IMG/VR virus record: IMGVR_UViG_3300011430_000002
Span: 1 to 61,690 of that record
DNA length: 61,690 nt
Direction: 5' to 3' (one strand)
From: a virus
Lineage: Duplodnaviria > Caudoviricetes
Below, one piece after another: positions 55,568 through 61,690 of the stretch (positions are counted from its first letter, which is position 1; each line of letters starts with the position of its first letter). The position numbers were made by a program, and so were the translations under genes. The notes under the pieces were generated by a model that had not been told where the DNA came from, did not search any database, and worked only from the letters and a program-made list of their open reading frames with translations.

Positions 55568-56575
55568 TCAAGTGCTCCTTTCTCTCGGTTGGTTGATGTC
55601 TACTTTCAGTTGGTGAATCTGCATTAGCAGGGTCGCCGTTGCCACCCATAACCTGTCTACCAACAAGGCGCTAAGGTTGGCCATCGTTGTCAACGCGAGG
55701 GGTACAATGCGTGCCTGCTCATGTACTAGGTCAAGGCGCTGGACTTCCAGCTCCTTGAGTTTGGTGCTCAGTTCTCTCGGTGTGAACGTGCTCAGTGCGA
55801 TGAACTCAGGGCGCAATGAGTCTTCACGTGTAAACATGTCGGGTCGGTATGGACCCCGTTGCGTACTGAAGCCCATCGAACGCTTGGCCTGCAGTACCTT
55901 CTTCACATCGGCAATCTGTTGGGTCACCTGCTCGGTTCTCGCTGCGTAGCCAGCGAGTTTGCTCGTCAGCATTTCACGCATCCGTCCCGGGTTCGGGTTG
56001 ATGCCGCTGTTGTACAAGAAACTCAGGTCCAGCTCGTCGCTGGTGAACACCAGCTGCGTACCTACCACCTTGTGGGTAAGCGGTGTCCCCATGTTCTCGC
56101 ACTGGGCAGTCAGGGCGATGGGATTGTAGTTACCCTCGCTCTTTACTTGCCCCATGATGGTGAAGTCGAACCGCCACAGGTATCCCCGCTGGTCCTTGAG
56201 TGTCCAGACGGGGTTGCGGTCAGAGTAAGTACCCTCGTAGATAACACTGGCCCCGGCCGGGTTGTGCCCTGCCACCTTGTGGGTGTCGAAGCTGCTGCTT
56301 TTAACACCGGGCGTCCAGCCTTTGGTTGTACCCGTCCCCGCCCACCGTTTGTGCAGTATGTTCAGGTCAGTGGGTACCCAGAAAGGTACCGCACCTGTCG
56401 CCATCTGCAACAGGGCCTGCTCGGATGCCACCTCTATGTGCTTACCCTTTGGCCCCGGCTGAACCATTACCTCCAAGTAGCTGGCCAGTCCTTGCCTTAC
56501 CAACGGGTCGGCATAGAAGTCACGCGTGGTACTGACGAACAGCACCTTGTTGGTCTGGATGTTGGCCCACGTCAT
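55568..56575 (-). CDS. Hypothetical protein
   Basis: 335 aa; ATGA overlap with upstream gene. Confidence 0.65.
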   Translation of the reverse strand: MTWANIQTNKVLFVSTTRDFYADPLVRQGLASYLEVMVQPGPKGKHIEVASEQALLQMATGAVPFWVPTDLNILHKRWAGTGTTKGWTPGVKSSSFDTHKVAGHNPAGASVIYEGTYSDRNPVWTLKDQRGYLWRFDFTIMGQVKSEGNYNPIALTAQCENMGTPLTHKVVGTQLVFTSDELDLSFLYNSGINPNPGRMREMLTSKLAGYAARTEQVTQQIADVKKVLQAKRSMGFSTQRGPYRPDMFTREDSLRPEFIALSTFTPRELSTKLKELEVQRLDLVHEQARIVPLALTTMANLSALLVDRLWVATATLLMQIHQLKVDINQPRERST

Positions 56576-56856
56576 GGGGTGCCACCAACGCGTACCTGAC
56601 ATGGCGTACCTCCCATCGTGGCGGCAGCGGCGAACCAGAACCGGTTCTTCTCTATCTGGTATTCATTCAGCAGGGCCGGCGCCAAGCCCTCCCACTCTTC
56701 CTTCGTGTACGTGCGGGTAATCCGCAAGTGCGGGATGCTGACCTCAAACGAGGGGCCATTGATGTCGGGCCACTGCCCTTCAGCACGGCATAGCTCATGC
56801 CCGAAGATGGTTACAGGCGGCAGCTCTTTGATGTTCTTGATGGTCGGTTCGGTCAT
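56572..56856 (-). CDS. Hypothetical protein
   Basis: GAGG RBS; 94 aa. Confidence 0.6.
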   Translation of the reverse strand: MTEPTIKNIKELPPVTIFGHELCRAEGQWPDINGPSFEVSIPHLRITRTYTKEEWEGLAPALLNEYQIEKNRFWFAAAATMGGTPCQVRVGGTP

Positions 56857-56904
56857 GGTCGGTACCTCGGTGTGCTAGTAACATATCAAGTATCAATGAT
56901 ATGG

Positions 56905-57288
56905 TCAAGCGGGTGCGGGTAGAGTACCTCGCACACGTGCCCACCACTCACGCTCGTACTCGGCGGATGCAGAGTGCAGCGTGGTACCGGTGATGGGTAC
57001 CCCGTTCTCTATCAACGCGTTGTAAAGGGCAGCGGTGGCTACCGCTGCGTCAGCAGCGAACCATTCCAGTCGCTTGTGCAGCCCGGCCTTGATGAGCGTG
57101 CGGTGCACGCTCGCCTCGACATACGGCAGCACCGTCTTCGGCGTCACCTGCAAATCCAGATGCACCTCCCAGTCGTACGGTGAGCCGGTGTCCCAGTCGC
57201 CGATGCGCTTGTGCACTGACCTCGTGGTCATGCCAATCTTGATGAAGCCATGCCCGTTGGGCTGGCCCACGATGTAGATGTTAGACAT
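56905..57288 (-). CDS. GIY-YIG / T5orf172-type domain protein
   Basis: IYIV...IKIGMT..V.KRI....TGSP...E..VH......R.EWF. Confidence 0.85.
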   Translation of the reverse strand: MSNIYIVGQPNGHGFIKIGMTTRSVHKRIGDWDTGSPYDWEVHLDLQVTPKTVLPYVEASVHRTLIKAGLHKRLEWFAADAAVATAALYNALIENGVPITGTTLHSASAEYEREWWARVRGTLPAPA

Positions 57289-57601
57289 CGACCTGCTCCC
57301 CTCTCGCTGTCTTCACGGTGGTAATCAGCCGGCGCATGTTGCGTGTCGTCTTGATGGCCTCACGGTACTGCGCATAGTGCATCCCTCCGCAGAACAGGGC
57401 GATGACGGACAGGGTGAGCGTCCACGAGGAACGGTTGCCCGTCGCAGCGATGACCAGATACAGGCCCATTGCTGTCCACATGAGGGTAAGCAGAACGTGC
57501 TTGCCAACCAGTCGTAACGACTGGTCACGCACATCAACTGCACGTTGTATCAGTTGGTCGGTTGCTTCGATGTTCATTTCAACTTTCGTTGGGTCGCTCA
57601 T
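57281..57601 (-). CDS. Two-TM membrane protein
   Basis: Likely start MSDPTK with AAGGA RBS; two hydrophobic helices. Confidence 0.65.
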   Translation of the reverse strand: MSDPTKVEMNIEATDQLIQRAVDVRDQSLRLVGKHVLLTLMWTAMGLYLVIAATGNRSSWTLTLSVIALFCGGMHYAQYREAIKTTRNMRRLITTVKTARGEQVDV

Positions 57602-57644
57602 GGTCTCGGTGTTCCTTGTCGTGTGGTTGTAAGGGAATCCGCTG

Positions 57645-57776
57645 TCAATCCCAGCGGTAGAAGTAAAGCCAGCCTCGGTCTTTCTGTTGCCTTCTCCAGC
57701 AGCGGGGGTTGGCGAATCCACCACTGGCATACCAGTTGCGCTTGCTCATGCGCTCACTGCCTACATTCGTTCGCAT
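57645..57776 (-). CDS. 43-aa basic, aromatic-rich protein, absent from the ORF track
   Basis: AAAGGAG RBS; MRTNVGSERMSKRNWYASGGFANPRCWRRQQKDRGWLYFYRWD. Confidence 0.6.
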   Translation of the reverse strand: MRTNVGSERMSKRNWYASGGFANPRCWRRQQKDRGWLYFYRWD

Positions 57777-57974
57777 GACCCTGCTCCTTTGCTTCACGTT
57801 GTAAGGGGGTAAGGCATCCTGCCCTCGCCGGCTATCAACGAGGCGTCAACCTCAACCGGGTCATGGGGCAGGATTATTTGTGGCTGCATCCCCACGGATT
57901 TATGACTCCACTCCGGTGGGTCCGTGGTTTGCGTTTAACTGGCGGCCACACGCCAGCAGGAAATGTCCCACCGG
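57774..57974 (-). ncRNA. Candidate structured RNA with pseudoknots
   Basis: Five or more complementary segments in crossed order; see findings. Confidence 0.5.
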
Positions 57975-57977
57975 GCG

Positions 57978-59603
57978 TTAAGTCAATTTCTCCATCGGCA
58001 ATTCAGCCACCACACCGAAGCCCATCTGGTTGCACTTCACGGTGAAGTGCTCGGTGCATGACCAACCCAAGTCACCCAGCGCCCATATCAGGGGCATCCG
58101 GCGCAGCTTGGTGTTCCAGAAAGCGAAGCACTCGTCTACTTGCATGTCATCCACGCCACCATCGGTGAGGTAGGTCATGCAGGCAGCATCGGGGTAATCA
58201 TCGGCGACACGTTGGAAGGCAGGCATGAACTCGGTACCACCACCAACACGCCGAATCCTACGGTCTAACTTGCCAAGGTCGGACTTGGTGTACTCGAACA
58301 CACCCTCTTGCGGGATGCCATCGCTGCACCAGATAACCACGGCACGTTGGAACATGGCCAACCTTAATGCGTTCTCCATTTCAAAGAAGAAGTAATCCAC
58401 CATCGGGCCACTCGTGCTTCCCGACGAGTCGATAATGAACACTACCGTTCCCAACTCCTTGCCAACGGGGCCGGGGTACATTGCACCTTGCGACGTGCGG
58501 CGCTTGGTGCTCGGACGTGAGTACGTGTAGGACCCTGCCCTCATGTTGGCATTGGCATAGCGATTCAACTGCCGGTCCCAGCGGTGCCGTGCCTTGTACA
58601 CCATGGCGCCCAGCTCCCCGGTGAACGGGTCGCTACCTTCCACGCCTTCGCCACGGCTACGCATGGGTGCGGCCATCCGTTCGGCGTTGGCAGCGGCGGC
58701 AATGTTGTTCAGCTCCATGCTGTGCAGCTGCTCATCGGTAAGCGGGGTGTCGATGTCGCCCTTGTATTCATCGGGCAACACGATGTCGGTACCAGCGCCG
58801 GCTTGGGAATTCTCGGGTTGGGTCAGGTCACGCTCGCCTTCACCCTTGCCCTTGCCCTTGCCCTCGCCCTTGTCAGCGTCACCAGCGTCATCGGCCGGGT
58901 CATCCCCATCCTCGCCCTCATCGGCGCCGTCACCCTCGCCCTCGCCCTTGGCCTTCTGTTCTTCATCCTTGTCCTCATCATCGGCGTCGTTCGCTTCCGG
59001 CTTGTCGCCAGCGTCTGCCTTGTCTGCCTTCGGCTTGTCAGACTTGCCCCCACTGCCACCCTCACACGGGGGCTGGGTACCAGCAGGCGGCTGCGAGGTC
59101 GGCTTCTGCAGTTCCTTCTTTACCAACTCGTCGGCAATCGCTTCGGTGGTGTACTTGTCCGGGGAATACCGGGCGTCGTACATCCAGTCGTCGCGAATGT
59201 TCAGGCGCCACTCATGCTTGAGCATGTAGTTGATGAAGTAGTCCTGCGCTTGGTTGAAGAAGTACAGCAGCTGCCTACGAGTGAGCCTCGTGTGCTGGTA
59301 CCTGCGCACCCACCGCTCATAGCGGGGGAAGAAGTTCAGGAACTTGTGATACACCTCGTGCACCAGCGCCGACACGCAGTCATCAACGCTGGACTCGGCG
59401 AAGTACGTGGGTGCGTACCAGATTTTCCTCACGCAATCGGTGGCTGCGGTTTTCACCTTCTCGTCAGGGATAATCTCCATCTCCATCATGTACATGGCGA
59501 CGGTGCAGTAGCGGGGGTCCCGCAACATGCGGTGCACGGCACGCTGGAAGTTGTTCACTTCCACCGGTACAGCAGCGGCATAAATGTTGGTGAACATGTG
59601 CAT
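57978..59603 (-). CDS. Metallopeptidase (HExxH) plus vWA domain protein (DUF2201-like)
   Basis: TAATD, HEVYH, D..IN; acidic linker; IDSSGST, GGGTEF, YLTDG MIDAS residues. Confidence 0.88.
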   Translation of the reverse strand: MHMFTNIYAAAVPVEVNNFQRAVHRMLRDPRYCTVAMYMMEMEIIPDEKVKTAATDCVRKIWYAPTYFAESSVDDCVSALVHEVYHKFLNFFPRYERWVRRYQHTRLTRRQLLYFFNQAQDYFINYMLKHEWRLNIRDDWMYDARYSPDKYTTEAIADELVKKELQKPTSQPPAGTQPPCEGGSGGKSDKPKADKADAGDKPEANDADDEDKDEEQKAKGEGEGDGADEGEDGDDPADDAGDADKGEGKGKGKGEGERDLTQPENSQAGAGTDIVLPDEYKGDIDTPLTDEQLHSMELNNIAAAANAERMAAPMRSRGEGVEGSDPFTGELGAMVYKARHRWDRQLNRYANANMRAGSYTYSRPSTKRRTSQGAMYPGPVGKELGTVVFIIDSSGSTSGPMVDYFFFEMENALRLAMFQRAVVIWCSDGIPQEGVFEYTKSDLGKLDRRIRRVGGGTEFMPAFQRVADDYPDAACMTYLTDGGVDDMQVDECFAFWNTKLRRMPLIWALGDLGWSCTEHFTVKCNQMGFGVVAELPMEKLT

Positions 59604-59669
59604 TTCCTCGGTCAGTTGCGCCCGCCCCATGGCGGGCGCTTGGTCGGTGGTGGTCAGGTGGAACGTGCT

Positions 59670-60791
59670 TTACATGAACGCTTCCAACTCGTTGACAGCT
59701 TCGTTCACGTGCTTGTGCACCTCTTCAACCACGCCCTCGCCTTGGTTGGCAAGGTTGGTCAGGTTCCTCGCCATCGTGGCGCGAAGGTCGGGGTTCTTTA
59801 CCAACGTGTCGGCGTCGATGTCACCGATGGTGGCACGCACCTCGGTGGCAAAGCGCACCAACGTGTTATCCCCTGCCGCCTCGGCGAGAGCGAGGGTCAG
59901 GTCGCACTGACCCCGTAGGTTGGGCAGTAACGACTGCGCAATCGGCACAGCACGAGCGGTCTTGCGTTCTTCCTTGGTGTTGTTCATTTCCCGCACCGTG
60001 TCGGCGTCATTGCCAAGCACAGCGGCGGCGAACTTCACGGAGTTCACGAACACCTCTGATGTACGTGACCATGCGTTGGTCATGCGGTCAGCGATGCGGT
60101 TCATCGTCGCCTTGCGTACCTGCATGGCAAGGTCACCTCGGGCAACTCTATCCATGTCGATACGCATGTCGAAGGCGGGGAAGTCCAGCACCTCAAGCTC
60201 GATGCTCCACTTGCTCAGCCAGCCCTCGGCGTCGGGGAACGAGTCAAGGTCGAACATGTCGCCAAGGTAGGACTGCGCTTGGTTCATCACCCCGTCCCAC
60301 TCGGCACGCACCCGCTGCTTGCCAGCCTCTTGCGTACCACGGATGGCATCGACCTGCATTTCCAGCTCGGCCAGTCTGCTACGAGGCACCACGGTCCACG
60401 TGTCATCCCACTTGCCCAGCCCGAAGTTCACCCCGGTTTCATTGGCCGGCGTACCATCCTCACGAGCGCCTTGCCCCACCGTGAGCAACTCACGCACGGC
60501 GTGATACGGTGCGGTCACAGGTTGCACGGCCTGTCCTTGGAAGAGCCGATTGGATACGCTTACCCAATGCTGGTCTGCCTTCTTGTTGGCAGCGAGTTCA
60601 TTCCTTTCCGCCTTGTTGGTAGCGGTGGTCGGAGCACGAGTCGCTCGGATGCGTGCCAGCACACATCTATCGGCAAGGGCCTGCACCCTCGTGCTGCCAC
60701 CCATCATGTTGCGGATGTCTTGGTCGGTGATTTCCCCTGCTTTGAGCAGGTCCAGAAAGTCTTGCTTGGTCACTACAGTTTTGTTGGTCAT
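59670..60791 (-). CDS. DUF3150-like helical protein
   Basis: LGDMFD...FP motif; position between AAA+ and vWA genes. Confidence 0.5.
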   Translation of the reverse strand: MTNKTVVTKQDFLDLLKAGEITDQDIRNMMGGSTRVQALADRCVLARIRATRAPTTATNKAERNELAANKKADQHWVSVSNRLFQGQAVQPVTAPYHAVRELLTVGQGAREDGTPANETGVNFGLGKWDDTWTVVPRSRLAELEMQVDAIRGTQEAGKQRVRAEWDGVMNQAQSYLGDMFDLDSFPDAEGWLSKWSIELEVLDFPAFDMRIDMDRVARGDLAMQVRKATMNRIADRMTNAWSRTSEVFVNSVKFAAAVLGNDADTVREMNNTKEERKTARAVPIAQSLLPNLRGQCDLTLALAEAAGDNTLVRFATEVRATIGDIDADTLVKNPDLRATMARNLTNLANQGEGVVEEVHKHVNEAVNELEAFM

Positions 60792-60818
60792 GGTCTCAAT
60801 CCTCGTTGGTCGGGTGGG

Positions 60819-61690
60819 TTAGAACGAGCGGCGCAGTGAAGAGGTGCGCAGCAGGTAGTCTTGCGTCAGCTTGTCAGCTGCCAGTTCAGGGTGCCGCTTG
60901 AGTACCGGGTCCACGATGGCACCCTGCACCTCAACGGGTAGCCTCGTCACGTACTGCATGACGGGGGTGAAGTTGTCGGTGTTGGTCTTGTTGCCTACGT
61001 TGGAGCACAGCATCATCATCGACGCCGGTGAATCAGGTACCGGTGCGGTGTTGGGTGACGACACGATGGTAGCGAAAGGAATCAGCTTGTCTCGTAGGTG
61101 AAACAGCGCAGCGAACCGTACCGCTGCGGCGTCGTGCATCCACGAGGCCAGCACCACCAGCCTCTGCTCATGGGTAGGTTCACGCCCTTGCAAGGCGCAG
61201 TACCGTTCCAGTGCATCCATGTTCTCGCTTGCTTCCATGATGGAGCGAGGCGTGGTGTTGCGCATCCGTGAAGGGTTGTAATCCTTCAGCAAATTATCCC
61301 CTTCCATCTTGACGCCAGTGATGAGGATGGGGTTCGCCTTCTTCTCCAGTGCGTGCACCACGAATTCGCCCGAGGTCGGGCCGGTCCACCGATACTGCGA
61401 GGTACGGTTGCCCAGCACCGGGTTCTCCACGCACTCCAGCGCACCATCATCGGTACCGTTGGCCAATGCGAGTCGGAACACGTGCTCGGGTCCAACCCAG
61501 TCACCGCAGGTGGGCCGGTCACCTTCCATCATCTGCATCGCCATCTTGTTGGCGCCCTTGAGCTTGTACTCGTCCAATATCAGCACGTCCCCATAGGACA
61601 GGCTGCGCAGGATGGGGTGCAGGTGGATGGTCATGCCATCATCCTTGGCCCACGGAATTCCCGGGAAGTCGTACTCCTCGTGTCGGCCAA
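60819..61690 (-). CDS. MoxR-type AAA+ ATPase, C-terminal part (gene starts at 349)
   Basis: VLILDE Walker B, LAN sensor, LGNR arginine finger, TPRS. Confidence 0.85.
   Translation of the reverse strand, partial: GRHEEYDFPGIPWAKDDGMTIHLHPILRSLSYGDVLILDEYKLKGANKMAMQMMEGDRPTCGDWVGPEHVFRLALANGTDDGALECVENPVLGNRTSQYRWTGPTSGEFVVHALEKKANPILITGVKMEGDNLLKDYNPSRMRNTTPRSIMEASENMDALERYCALQGREPTHEQRLVVLASWMHDAAAVRFAALFHLRDKLIPFATIVSSPNTAPVPDSPASMMMLCSNVGNKTNTDNFTPVMQYVTRLPVEVQGAIVDPVLKRHPELAADKLTQDYLLRTSSLRRSF
61568..61690. repeat. 123-bp terminal direct repeat, copy 2
   Basis: Identical to 1-123. Confidence 0.95.

Noticed and set aside
58584-59918. 444-aa + strand ORF with LALALA runs
   Set aside because: Antisense read of the acidic GEG/KG linker of the vWA gene
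61568-61690. Terminal repeat as a biological DTR
   Set aside because: It falls mid-gene and its length fits an assembler overlap; the physical ends are unknown
1-61690. Lysogeny module or stop-codon reassignment
   Set aside because: No integrase or CI-like peptidase recognised; core genes are intact in the standard code

Overview
This window looks like a complete, circularly permuted dsDNA phage genome of about 61,567 bp. Bases 1-123 are repeated exactly at 61568-61690, and an AAA+ ATPase gene reads in frame across that join. It is GC-rich and podovirus-like, with two divergent arms that start from an AT-rich, iteron-containing putative origin at about 4.5-4.9 kb and converge at about 41.06 kb. 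The + arm carries receptor-binding and tail-fibre genes placed upstream of the terminases, an HNH endonuclease, an Acb2/Tad1-like small protein, TerS, TerL, portal, scaffold, an N4 gp56-like capsid, tail tube proteins, ejection proteins and a 2900-aa polyvalent protein (SLT + ART-like + GNAT-like + LPD38-like). The - arm carries small early genes, a MoxR-type AAA+/DUF3150-like/metallopeptidase-vWA module, PolA, a PD-(D/E)xK nuclease, an R-S-E ART-like protein, VRR-NUC, a SNF2 helicase, an SSB and a primase-helicase. I found no integrase, tRNA, CRISPR array, RNA polymerase or free-standing endolysin. The least-explained signals are: a ~480-nt stack of C(N3)G hairpins whose wobble pairs favour folding of the + strand; five copies of a TGTTACTSAGTAACA palindrome in early intergenic regions; a double-pseudoknot leader that can pair over the start codon of an unannotated 43-aa ORF; and repeated beta-clamp-type QLxL(F/PL) motifs in the injected protein and two early-arm proteins. 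All family assignments are by motif recognition from memory; no database searches were run.
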